Assembly (NCBI GenBank): GCA_905233935.1
Contig: CAJOFU010000002.1
Location: 11,453 to 75,452, forward strand
DNA length: 64,000 bases
Direction: 5' to 3'
From: Paludibacteraceae bacterium
GTDB taxonomy: Bacteria; Bacteroidota; Bacteroidia; Bacteroidales; Paludibacteraceae
Each line of letters starts with the position of its first letter. Positions within the stretch are counted from its first letter, which is position 1. The notes below the pieces were generated by a model that saw only the letters and a program-made list of their open reading frames with translations, made no database searches and was not told where the DNA came from. Positions 19,141 to 27,650 of the stretch are shown here, in pieces. A program made the position numbers and the translations under genes.

Positions 19141-21039
19141 TTATCTTCTTTTTTGCGGCTTGCGCCATATGGTTAGCAGCCACTCTTTCACGCTGCTGAC
19201 GATGCGCCAGATTGCCGACGGTTGCGGTATATCTGCGAGCAGCACGTCTTGTACCTCGGCGCGGGTGAGCTGTTCGGGATAAAGCAGCAATGTGCTGTAG
19301 CCGCCAAAGAACTCCTTGAGCATCCTCGGCACTTGCGAGAACAGCGGATTGTAACTCGGCGTAGCATGGCGTGCCTGAATCATCACGAGCATATTGTCCC
19401 GACGGATATGTTTGGCTATCTGCAACACGTCTTCCCAATCTGTCAGTTCGCGATACGATGCACGCAGGTACTTGCCCGGTCGGGCACACAATGCTTGCAA
19501 CGGACGTTTGGTATCGTCATTGCAATAGAACACCACTTTCGCACCTATCTGGCTGCTCAATCGTCGTATCTGCCCGAAGCACGAGATGAAGTCGCGTTCC
19601 TTTTCTGCATAACGTGGCACAGCTACCAATAGCCGGTTGATCGTATTCAGCGGCTGCTGCTCGTGATAGATGACAACCGACTTACCTGATCGTTCCACAA
19701 ACTGCTCTGCTTCCTGCCAATCGACTGCCGTCACAAACTCCGGCTCAGGCAACTGGCTGAGTTTTGCCATCGTCAGTAGCGCATCGTCTTTCTGCTCGGC
19801 GACCTGCATCACAAGCCACTGATCCTCCGTACGTTCACTTTCCAAGCGAGCCTCTTCCTGTAGTGCCAACTCTTTTGCTGCGTGTTCCGTCACAAACGAT
19901 GCAGTCGTACACAGCACAAGTATCATCACCACTGTGCCGTTCAATATCGTAACATCAAACAATCCCACCTTGTAACCTATTGTCACAATCGCCAACGTAC
20001 CGGCTGCAGTTGCGTGCGTCAAGCCGAACATCAGTTCCCGCTCCAATGCCTGCAGATGGAACGAACGCTGTGCAGCCCACGAGGCAAGCCATTTGGCTGC
20101 ATATTTCGTTACAATCATCACAGCTGCAATCAGCACTGTACCCCAACCTGCCACAACAAGTCGCACATCGATCATCATTCCCACGCCCAACAAGAACAGC
20201 GGCACGAAGATCGTGTTTCCCACAAAATTGATTCGTCCCATCAGCGGCGAGAGGTTCGGTACCCATTTGTTCAACGCCACGCCGCAAATAAATGCACCAA
20301 GGATAGCCTCCAGTCCAGCCCAATCAGCCAAACCCGCAGAAGCAACCAGCATCAGCATCACCATCGCAAACCCTGCAGACGTGTTCTGATTATGACGGAA
20401 GAACCATTTGGCAATGTTAGGAAATACCCCGAAAGTCATGATGCCAAGAAGCGCAGTCTTACCTGCAAGCGTCCACCAATACTCCCAACCGTCACCGGCG
20501 AGCAAGCGGCTCTTCAGTACTGCTAATACCAGCAGCGAAAGCGTTATAGCGAGCATCGTTGCACCTACAGTCATGTTCACGGCTGCCGATTGCTGCACAC
20601 CGTAGCGGTTCACTATCGGGTACGTCATCAGCGTGTGACTGCCGAACATCGCGCCCAATAGCGCACTCGTCTGCCAGGACATTCCCATCAAACGTGCGAC
20701 AAGTAAACCGAACGCAAAGGGAATTACAAACGTATAGATACCGAACACCACAGCGCCCCAGCGGTACTGACGGAAGTCATTCATGTCAATCTCTATACCG
20801 GCCTGCAGCATGATATATAACATACCCATCTTACCCAACACATCAATCGTGCGGTTCGGTGCCAACAAACCCGAATCATGCTCACCGAACAACAAGCCTA
20901 TACCGTGCTCACCGATGATAATGCCCATCACAATAAATCCGACAATCGCGGGAACGTGAATCTTTCTGCACACCAACGGTACCAGCCATATAATGGCAAG
21001 CACTAACGATAATATGGCAAACGAATCGGTTATCATCAA
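19141..21039 (-). CDS. Cation:proton antiporter (CPA2/Kef-type) with C-terminal cytoplasmic regulatory (USP-like) region
   Basis: About 12 TM segments over ~400 aa, then a ~230-aa soluble tail; typical Na_H_exchanger-like composition. Confidence 0.8.
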   Translation of the reverse strand: MMITDSFAILSLVLAIIWLVPLVCRKIHVPAIVGFIVMGIIIGEHGIGLLFGEHDSGLLAPNRTIDVLGKMGMLYIMLQAGIEIDMNDFRQYRWGAVVFGIYTFVIPFAFGLLVARLMGMSWQTSALLGAMFGSHTLMTYPIVNRYGVQQSAAVNMTVGATMLAITLSLLVLAVLKSRLLAGDGWEYWWTLAGKTALLGIMTFGVFPNIAKWFFRHNQNTSAGFAMVMLMLVASAGLADWAGLEAILGAFICGVALNKWVPNLSPLMGRINFVGNTIFVPLFLLGVGMMIDVRLVVAGWGTVLIAAVMIVTKYAAKWLASWAAQRSFHLQALERELMFGLTHATAAGTLAIVTIGYKVGLFDVTILNGTVVMILVLCTTASFVTEHAAKELALQEEARLESERTEDQWLVMQVAEQKDDALLTMAKLSQLPEPEFVTAVDWQEAEQFVERSGKSVVIYHEQQPLNTINRLLVAVPRYAEKERDFISCFGQIRRLSSQIGAKVVFYCNDDTKRPLQALCARPGKYLRASYRELTDWEDVLQIAKHIRRDNMLVMIQARHATPSYNPLFSQVPRMLKEFFGGYSTLLLYPEQLTRAEVQDVLLADIPQPSAIWRIVSSVKEWLLTIWRKPQKRR

Positions 21040-21245
21040 TCAAACAGCGTTGGCGAATCCTTGTCAAGACGTTTGAGTATAGCACGTATCAGCGTCTGTC
21101 GAACCATATCCGAACGAGTGCGATACTTGTATCGCTCGCAGTAGCGCGTGATAGTGCGCATTTCGCTATCATTGAGCAGCACGGTAATCGGGTGATTGCG
21201 TGGCTGACGTTTGAACTTCCCTGTTGATGAGTTATTTTGCTTCAT
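21036..21245 (-). CDS. Ribbon-helix-helix (CopG/MobC-like) DNA-binding protein
   Basis: 69 aa with beta-strand ITVLLNDSE, helix MRTITRYCERY, helix RSDMVRQTLIRAILKRL. Its stop overlaps the antiporter start (ATGA at 21036-21039). Confidence 0.65.
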   Translation of the reverse strand: MKQNNSSTGKFKRQPRNHPITVLLNDSEMRTITRYCERYKYRTRSDMVRQTLIRAILKRLDKDSPTLFD

Positions 21246-21267
21246 TTGTCTAAAACGTACGAGAGAA

Positions 21268-21311
21268 TCGGGGTTATATCGGGGTTTTGTCGGGGTTTTG
21301 TCGGAATTAAG
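21268..21311 (-). promoter_or_regulatory. Four tandem 11-bp iterons upstream of the RHH gene (candidate operator)
   Basis: Plus strand reads tcggggttata / tcggggttttg / tcggggttttg / tcggaattaag, 23-66 nt upstream of the ATG at 21245. A near-consensus -7 box (TACGTTTT) lies between the iterons and the ATG. Confidence 0.55.
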
Positions 21312-21330
21312 TCAGTATTTCATGCCTTGC

Positions 21331-22107
21331 TCAGAACAATATTCCCAAGGTCAACAATCCCATTACTGCCGTTCGTCCGCTATCCGAGTGGAACTTTTGT
21401 CCGGGTTCAACTTCTATGGTGTGCGACGATGCTGCCAGTTGTTGGACTTCGGCTTCTATGCCGATATGGAACGCTCCTGTACGCGAAAAATGGTAACGAT
21501 ACCCAAACGCTAATCCGGCATTCACACCACCTCGCATTCCGCCGCCTACGCCTATACCGTAGCCTATATTAGCACCTATCATCGGCACATGATCGCCTTG
21601 TATCAAAGGTATCTCAGTCACTATATCTATAGGTATAATCGAATAAACCTTGTTCTCAACCATCAATCCGCGATAGCCGACTTGCCCGCCAAGAAAGATA
21701 CGTCTACCGCCAAGATTGTTTGCGCCAAGCCGGAAATCTGCAGCAATAGCGCCGCCCATCGAACCGCCGAGGTTCACTACACCTCCGGCAATATGTACGC
21801 CCAATGAAGTGCGCTTCACATTCGTCATCGAACGGGACGACTTCTCTTCCTCATGTTTCTCCGACGCTTCCTTGTCAATCACCTCGGTTATCTCCACCAC
21901 ATCCGACATCGGAAACTGAAAACGCGAACCGTAACTGTCTTTCACAATCACCACATCCTCATTACGAAGCACTATCTCGCCGACGACCACTCGCCCTGAA
22001 TGAAACAACACACGGTGTAATACCGCGCTCTCCTCACACATGGCAAGGGCTGGTAACACTACAAGTAGCACTACACCTATAAGTCGATGTAAGACAATTC
22101 TCTTCAT
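21331..22107 (-). CDS. Outer-membrane beta-barrel protein (small, Gly-rich) with N-terminal soluble domain
   Basis: Signal peptide; Gly-rich alternating strands; C-terminal ...LLTLGILF ending in Phe (OMP signature). Confidence 0.65.
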   Translation of the reverse strand: MKRIVLHRLIGVVLLVVLPALAMCEESAVLHRVLFHSGRVVVGEIVLRNEDVVIVKDSYGSRFQFPMSDVVEITEVIDKEASEKHEEEKSSRSMTNVKRTSLGVHIAGGVVNLGGSMGGAIAADFRLGANNLGGRRIFLGGQVGYRGLMVENKVYSIIPIDIVTEIPLIQGDHVPMIGANIGYGIGVGGGMRGGVNAGLAFGYRYHFSRTGAFHIGIEAEVQQLAASSHTIEVEPGQKFHSDSGRTAVMGLLTLGILF

Positions 22108-22185
22108 GGCGATAATATCATTATTTTACGCGTATATATGCGCATATTTGCGCACGCAACATGTGCGCACACAATATGACGCCAC

Positions 22186-22217
22186 AAAGATACAAAAAAT
22201 TATGCACTTTTGCAAAT
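22186..22217 (-). promoter_or_regulatory. Bacteroidota-type promoter for the OMP-RHH-antiporter unit
   Basis: Minus strand: TTTG (22214-22217), 20-nt spacer, TATCTTTG (22186-22193). Confidence 0.6.
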
Positions 22218-22261
22218 ATTCCTGCACTTTTTTATCAATTAATTGAATTTTTTATTAAAAG

Positions 22262-22290
22262 ACAAAAAAAAAGTGAACCTAAGTTCACTT
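22262..22290 (-). terminator. Rho-independent terminator after tRNA-His
   Basis: 8-bp stem aagtgaac/gttcactt (22271-22290), followed on the minus strand by a T run (22262-22270). Confidence 0.7.
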
Positions 22291-22293
22291 TTG

Positions 22294-22367
22294 GGTGGAA
22301 TGTGGGGCTCGAACCCACGACACTCGGAACCACAATCCGATGCTCTGCCAACTGAGCTAAGACCACC
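22294..22367 (-). tRNA. tRNA-His (anticodon GTG) with G-1
   Basis: Hand-folded cloverleaf: D stem GCTC/GAGC, anticodon stem TCGGA/TCCGA, loop TTGTGGT, T arm GTGGG-TTCGAGC-CCCAC, G-1:C73. The acceptor stem has two adjacent mismatches (positions 5:68 and 6:67). CCA is not encoded. Confidence 0.8.
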
Positions 22368-22397
22368 ATAAACGCTCTGATTTCTCAAAAGCGGTTG

Positions 22398-22429
22398 CAA
22401 AGGTACAATAATTTTCTGATATTTGCAAA
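22398..22429 (-). promoter_or_regulatory. Bacteroidota-type promoter for tRNA-His
   Basis: Minus strand: TTTG (22426-22429), 20 nt, TACCTTTG (22398-22405). Shares GCGG(T/C)TGCAAAGGTACAATAATT with the tRNA-Pro promoter. Confidence 0.7.
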
Positions 22430-22515
22430 TCTTTTGGCGAAAAAATGTGCTATATGAGCCATAACGCGCCTATTTGCAACCTCGAAAATACAAATCGCGA
22501 CATCGAACGCGCAAA

Positions 22516-23763
22516 TCAATAGTCAATCATCCTTTCACGACGTATCGTGCGGCGTATTCCTTTCCGGATATTTGCCAACAACACATGCCGCGCGTACGCA
22601 GGTGCAAATTGTTTCAAGAACTGTGCATCGGCAAAACGCCCTTGTAAAGTCATAATCTTTCTACGCCATACAGGCAGTTTTTTCACCCGTTCGCGTTCGT
22701 CATAGCGATCCGTCCCGCCCAACTCGTACTCCTTGACGCGGCATTGTCCCTCTTGCAGCACACGCTCCAAAAACCTCTGATTTCTGACATCTGACTTCTG
22801 AATTCTGACATCTTTATCACGCAGCGGCATCTGCACACCGGTAACATAATCCACAACGCGAGCCACCAATTGCCATGCTTCTTGTACATGGAGACGGCGC
22901 AAGTTTGCACGCAGATAATCATCATAGATTTTCCTCTGTTCGTCCGATAAAGGCAGGTAGTCACGCTTGACAATCAAGGCAATATCCAACACCTGCTTGA
23001 GCGGCATTCCTGAACTACAGAAATGCTCCCACATGTGCAGAAAGCAGAACAATATATTGAACGGCTCGCTTGGTGTGAGAATCAACCCGTCAAGAGCATA
23101 TCTATATTCGCTGATCTCTGATTTCAGAATACTGAATACTGAATACTGAATTCTTCCACTCATTGCCGGCACTTCAAGTGTCTGCCAATACGCATCTTCC
23201 TCCGGAGTGGGGAAATCCATCGCCACGCGGTGCAGTTCGATAGCATTGCCATCAGGAAAAACTATACCGTAATGTTTCAACTCCTCATACTCCTCGTCAT
23301 GATGAATAGCCTCGGGAAACGCCTCGCGCAAGGCTTTGCAACCTGCATGGTAGTTCTTGATACCAACCCATATATCCGCATCGCCCCAACTGCGCAGATA
23401 CGGTTTGGGATAGAGATCGGCGAGCCCGAACCCTTTCAGCAGCACAGGTTCTATATCCGCCTTACGTAATGCTTCGACAGCCGCCTTAATGCGCGGCAAC
23501 CAGAGTGTCTGCTGCTGCATCTGATACAGACAGACCTGCTTCATCTGCGTTGCCAAAGCTTTGTCAGGTCGTTGTTCGTCCGGCAAACGCAACGCTGCGT
23601 CATACACCAGCGGCTCTACGCCATGCACACGTGCCTGACGCGTCAGCACCTGCCAATTGGGAGCAGATGGCAAAGCCCTACTCTCGCCATCAATGGCGTT
23701 ACGGAGCAGGGTTAGCAGGTTGTCGTAATCCGAAAGATTCATGACTGATTTATTCAGGAGCAT
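22516..23763 (-). CDS. Uncharacterised nucleotidyltransferase family protein (NTP_transf_5-like)
   Basis: Motif LLKGFGLADLYPKPYLRSWGDADIWV. An alternative ATG at 23742 would remove the 14-nt overlap with the upstream gene. Confidence 0.7.
   Translation of the reverse strand: MLLNKSVMNLSDYDNLLTLLRNAIDGESRALPSAPNWQVLTRQARVHGVEPLVYDAALRLPDEQRPDKALATQMKQVCLYQMQQQTLWLPRIKAAVEALRKADIEPVLLKGFGLADLYPKPYLRSWGDADIWVGIKNYHAGCKALREAFPEAIHHDEEYEELKHYGIVFPDGNAIELHRVAMDFPTPEEDAYWQTLEVPAMSGRIQYSVFSILKSEISEYRYALDGLILTPSEPFNILFCFLHMWEHFCSSGMPLKQVLDIALIVKRDYLPLSDEQRKIYDDYLRANLRRLHVQEAWQLVARVVDYVTGVQMPLRDKDVRIQKSDVRNQRFLERVLQEGQCRVKEYELGGTDRYDERERVKKLPVWRRKIMTLQGRFADAQFLKQFAPAYARHVLLANIRKGIRRTIRRERMIDY
22775..22809. 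repeat. Period-7 micro-tandem array inside the CDS (5 units)
   Basis: ctctgat ttctgac atctgac ttctgaa ttctgac; encodes ...KDVRIQKSDVRNQ... on the minus strand. Confidence 0.8.
23111..23152. repeat. Period-7 micro-tandem array inside the CDS (6 units, 42 bp)
   Basis: ctgatct ctgattt cagaata ctgaata ctgaata ctgaatt; encodes ...IQYSVFSILKSEISE... Confidence 0.8.
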
Positions 23764-24847
23764 TGTCCGCCATCGTGTTGGCTACAGTAGCAGAAACATT
23801 CACATGTTTGGCAATACGTTTCTGACGTTTCTGCCAACGTTCGCGTGCATATTGCTGCATGTCGGTGATCACATCATTCTCGTCAATGATCTCAAAGCCG
23901 AAAATGGTTTCGATTATATCTTCCAACGTAATGATACCTTGGAAGCAACCGTACTCGTCAATCACCAGCGCAATCTGGCTCTTCTGCTTGAGCATGGCAT
24001 CGAATATGTCGGAGATAGATGTATCCTCGTTGAAATACGGCAACGAGCGTTTGATGTCGCCGAGTTTGGTGTCAAAGTGATCTTCTGCGAGATCTTCGAG
24101 CGCATCGTCGCGAAGCACGTAACCCGTGATAAACTCCGGGGATTCGGCATAAACAGGGATGCGTGAGAAGTGGTCGTAGGCATCGCTGTCGTAGTATTCG
24201 CGCAGCGTCATTTTCTCCGGGGCAATAGCAGCCACCACGCGCGGAGTCATGACTTCAAACGCCTTGATCTCATCCAAACGGATAATGTTTTGGATAATCT
24301 TGTTCTCGTCTTGCTCAATCACACCTTCTTCCTCGCCCACATTGGCTATAGCGCTCACCTCTTCACGCGACACGGCATTGTCACCCAATGTATCCTCTTT
24401 GCGGAACACTTTGGTGATATAATGCACCAGCAATACCAGCGGGAACATAATAACAATCAATCCGCGTATCGTATATGCCGTAAACGACATCAGCGACTTC
24501 CAATAGGTTGTGCCGATGGTCTTCGGGATAATCTCTGCAAATATAAGAATAAGCAAAGTCACAATAGCGCTGACCAAGCCGACCCACGCATTACCGAACA
24601 CCAACGTGGCCTGCATACCGATGCCGACCGAACCGACAGTGTTGGCTATGGTGTTCAATGACAGGATAGCCGCCAGCGGACGTTCTGTATCCAACTTGTA
24701 TTTCTTGAATAGTACAGCCGCTTTGTCGCCTTCGTCCTCACGAAGCGAAATGTAAGAAAGAGTGGTAGTCATCAGCACGGACTCCAACGTGGAGCACAAG
24801 AACGATACCAACAGTGTGATGACCAAAAACAGTAATAATAGTCCCAT
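23750..24847 (-). CDS. CNNM (DUF21) + CBS-pair membrane protein (HlyC/CorC family transporter)
   Basis: ATG at 24847 (MGLLLLFLVITLLVSFLCSTLESVLM); four TM segments, then a tandem CBS region (AFEVMTPRV..., GIITLEDIIE). Confidence 0.8.
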   Translation of the reverse strand: MGLLLLFLVITLLVSFLCSTLESVLMTTTLSYISLREDEGDKAAVLFKKYKLDTERPLAAILSLNTIANTVGSVGIGMQATLVFGNAWVGLVSAIVTLLILIFAEIIPKTIGTTYWKSLMSFTAYTIRGLIVIMFPLVLLVHYITKVFRKEDTLGDNAVSREEVSAIANVGEEEGVIEQDENKIIQNIIRLDEIKAFEVMTPRVVAAIAPEKMTLREYYDSDAYDHFSRIPVYAESPEFITGYVLRDDALEDLAEDHFDTKLGDIKRSLPYFNEDTSISDIFDAMLKQKSQIALVIDEYGCFQGIITLEDIIETIFGFEIIDENDVITDMQQYARERWQKRQKRIAKHVNVSATVANTMADNAPE

Positions 24848-24887
24848 ATATTCATGCCGTGATCCCGTAGGTGAGGCATATTGACTA

Positions 24888-24919
24888 CAAAGGTACAAAA
24901 TTATTTGCATATTTGCAAA
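24888..24919 (-). promoter_or_regulatory. Bacteroidota-type promoter for the CNNM gene
   Basis: Minus strand: TTTG (24916-24919), 20 nt, TACCTTTG (24888-24895). Confidence 0.6.
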
Positions 24920-24934
24920 AATATTCGCAAAAAA

Positions 24935-24966
24935 TTTGCAAAATTACTAAAATTGTTGTATCTTTG
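24935..24966 (+). promoter_or_regulatory. Bacteroidota-type promoter for ampG (divergent)
   Basis: TTTG at 24935-24938, 20 nt, TATCTTTG at 24959-24966; the ATG at 24971 lies only 4 nt after the -7 box. Confidence 0.6.
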
Positions 24967-24970
24967 CATC

Positions 24971-26290
24971 ATGAAAACGACAAAGACTACTCCATGGCTA
25001 TGGATACCGACCCTGTATTTTGCTGAAGGTATCCCCTATTTTTTGGTAAATAACATATCCGTGATGCTCTTCACGCGCATGGGTGTACCCAATGGTGAAA
25101 TGGCAATGTTCACCTCATTGCTCTATCTTCCGTGGCTCATCAAACCGTTCTGGAGTCCGTTTGTGGATATCTTCCGCACCAAACGCTGGTGGATCATTAC
25201 CATGCAGATTCTGATGACAGCGGCATTTGCCTTGCTCGCACTATCTATGCCTCATCCCTCACCCGAGACGATTGCAGCGGGAGAGACATCCATCGGTCTG
25301 TTCACAGTGATGCTGATTCTGTTCTTTATCACGGCTCTGGCTTCCGCCACCCACGATATTGCTGCTGACGGATTCTATATGTTAGCTCTCACTGCACATC
25401 ATCAGGCTGCGTTTGTCGGAGCACGATCGGTGTTCTACCGTCTGTCAAGTATCTTCGGTCAAGGCGTGCTTCTTGTCATAGCCGGACTACTCGAAACGCG
25501 CACAGGCAATATTCCTCTTGCTTGGCAACTGACGCTTCTGTTCACTGCTATCATCTTTGCGCTCGTCAGCATCTGGCACGCATTCTTCCTGCCCAAACCC
25601 GATACAGACCACTCAAGTCTGCAAGGCGAACAACGCTCCGCGAAGATGATCTTTGGAGAGTTCGGCCGCACGTTCGCCACATTCTTCCGCAAGAACGGCG
25701 TATGGTTGGCTATACTATTTATGCTCATTTATCGTTTGCCGGAAGCGTTTCTAATCAAAATCATCAACCCATTTCTTGTCGGCACGCAGGAACATGGCGG
25801 CTTGGGTATGTCAACGGAAATGGTGGGATTTGTATATGGCACCATCGGTGTACTGTTTCTGATGTTAGGCGGTATAGGCGGAGGATTGTTTGCAGCACGG
25901 GTCGGATTGAAAAAAGCCATGTGGTGGATGGCAGCGGCTATCACCCTACCCGACTTCTGCTACGTCTATCTGAGCACCTGCTTACCTGACAATATTATTG
26001 CCATTGGCAGTGCACTGGCAGTTGAGCAGTTTGGTTACGGATTCGGTTTTACTGCCTATATGCTCTATATGATGTATTTCGCCGAGGGTGAGTTCAAGAC
26101 CTCGCATTACGCTCTCTGTACCGCATTCATGGCAGCATCGATGATGATTCCCGGAATGTTTGCAGGTTACTTGCAAGAGGCACTCGGTTATCAGAACTTC
26201 TTCTGGATGGTTATGGCTTGCTGCTTTGCCACGGTTGTTGTCACCTTCCTCGCCGAGCGAAAGATCGATCCCGACTACGGCAAAAAATAA
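24971..26290 (+). CDS. ampG: MFS transporter, AmpG family (muropeptide permease)
   Basis: ATG at 24971 (MKTTKTTPWLWIPTLYFAEGIPYF...); 12-14 TM MFS pattern. Confidence 0.8.
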   Translation: MKTTKTTPWLWIPTLYFAEGIPYFLVNNISVMLFTRMGVPNGEMAMFTSLLYLPWLIKPFWSPFVDIFRTKRWWIITMQILMTAAFALLALSMPHPSPETIAAGETSIGLFTVMLILFFITALASATHDIAADGFYMLALTAHHQAAFVGARSVFYRLSSIFGQGVLLVIAGLLETRTGNIPLAWQLTLLFTAIIFALVSIWHAFFLPKPDTDHSSLQGEQRSAKMIFGEFGRTFATFFRKNGVWLAILFMLIYRLPEAFLIKIINPFLVGTQEHGGLGMSTEMVGFVYGTIGVLFLMLGGIGGGLFAARVGLKKAMWWMAAAITLPDFCYVYLSTCLPDNIIAIGSALAVEQFGYGFGFTAYMLYMMYFAEGEFKTSHYALCTAFMAASMMIPGMFAGYLQEALGYQNFFWMVMACCFATVVVTFLAERKIDPDYGKK

Positions 26291-26296
26291 CAACTG

Positions 26297-26345
26297 ACAA
26301 ATCACAAATGTCAAATGACAAATAACAAATCTCAACCATCAAATA
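26297..26345. repeat. Period-7 micro-tandem array (7 units) spanning the U32 start codon
   Basis: acaaatc acaaatg tcaaatg acaaata acaaatc tcaacca tcaaata; the ATG at 26315 is inside unit 3. Confidence 0.8.
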
Positions 26346-27613
26346 TAGAGATCATGGCTCCCGTAGGCTCCTACGAGAGTCTTGCGGCTGCTATCAAAGC
26401 GGGTGCGAACAGCGTGTATTTCGGCATCGAGCACCTGAATATGCGTGCGCGCTCTGCAGCGAACTTCACAACCGATGACCTGCACAAGATTGTTAAGATC
26501 TGTCGCGAGGCAGGTGTAAAGACCTATCTAACGGTTAACACGGTCATCTATCCGGAAGATATGGCAACCATGCACACGATAGTCAATCACGCTCGTGAAG
26601 CCGGCGTGGATGCCATCATCGCTTCGGATATAGCCGTGATGCAATATGCGTGCGAGCAAGGCGTTGAGGTTCACCTCTCGACGCAGCTGAATATAGCCAA
26701 CACCGAAGCGTTGAAGTTCTACGCCCAGTTTGCCGATGTGGTTGTTCTGGCGCGCGAACTGAACCTCAAACAGGTTGCTGCGATTCATCGGGATATAGTG
26801 GAGCAAGATATCCGCGGCCGTCATGGCGAGCAGATTCGCATCGAGATGTTCTGCCACGGCGCACTCTGTATGGCTGTCAGCGGCAAGTGTTACCTCTCGC
26901 TACACAACCTGAATAGTTCAGCCAACCGCGGTGCATGTGCACAAATCTGCCGACGCGCTTACGTGGTACACGACAAATCCTCGGACATTGAGTTGGAGGT
27001 GGATAACCAGTATATCATGTCGCCAAAAGACCTGAAAACCATCCACTTCTTGGGTCAAATGTTGGATGCGGGTGTGCGTGTGCTGAAGATTGAAGGCCGT
27101 GCTCGTGGCGCAGAATATGTACACACTGTCGTCACGTGTTACCGCGAAGCCATCGAAGCATGGCGAAATGGTGAATACTCCACTCCGGCTATCAATCAGA
27201 AGATCAGTAAATGGGATGAAGAGTTGGCTACAGTCTTCAACCGCGGATTCTGGGACGGTTACTATCTCGGGCAGCGATTAGGCGAGTGGACAAACAACTA
27301 CGGCAGCAAAGCCACGAAGCGCAAAGTGTACGCCGGCAAGTGTACAAACTACTTCAAGAACATCGGCGTGGCTGAATTTCTCTTGGAAGCGATACCTGAA
27401 CTGCACGACGGCGATGAACTGCTTGTTACAGGCAATACAACCGGTGTCTATCAGACCATCGCCGGTGATATGCACATCACTATCGAAGAAAACGGCAAGT
27501 CAAAGGATATCACTACACCTTGCGTTAAGCAAGGCACATTGTTTGCTATCCGCACCACGGAAACGATTCACCGTGGCGATAAACTGTTCTTATTGGAAAC
27601 AGTGGAAGAATAA
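26315..27613 (+). CDS. Peptidase U32 family protein, short form (TrhP/YegQ-like architecture)
   Basis: IEIMAPVGSYESLAAAIKAGANSVYFG; E.FCHGALCMAVSGKC; GACAQICRR; C-terminal beta-barrel-like domain. Confidence 0.8.
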   Translation: MTNNKSQPSNIEIMAPVGSYESLAAAIKAGANSVYFGIEHLNMRARSAANFTTDDLHKIVKICREAGVKTYLTVNTVIYPEDMATMHTIVNHAREAGVDAIIASDIAVMQYACEQGVEVHLSTQLNIANTEALKFYAQFADVVVLARELNLKQVAAIHRDIVEQDIRGRHGEQIRIEMFCHGALCMAVSGKCYLSLHNLNSSANRGACAQICRRAYVVHDKSSDIELEVDNQYIMSPKDLKTIHFLGQMLDAGVRVLKIEGRARGAEYVHTVVTCYREAIEAWRNGEYSTPAINQKISKWDEELATVFNRGFWDGYYLGQRLGEWTNNYGSKATKRKVYAGKCTNYFKNIGVAEFLLEAIPELHDGDELLVTGNTTGVYQTIAGDMHITIEENGKSKDITTPCVKQGTLFAIRTTETIHRGDKLFLLETVEE

Positions 27614-27620
27614 TCGTTAC

Positions 27621-27650
27621 GATTATTGTGGATTACAACTGATTATTGTT
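27621..27650. repeat. Period-10 micro-tandem array at a convergent gene junction
   Basis: gattattgtg gattacaact gattattgtt. Confidence 0.6.

Noticed and set aside
19882-20526. 214-aa plus-strand ORF and several neighbours (19955..20323, 20093..20389)
   Set aside because: It is antisense or out of frame within the CPA2 antiporter gene. The H/R/C-rich composition is not protein-like.
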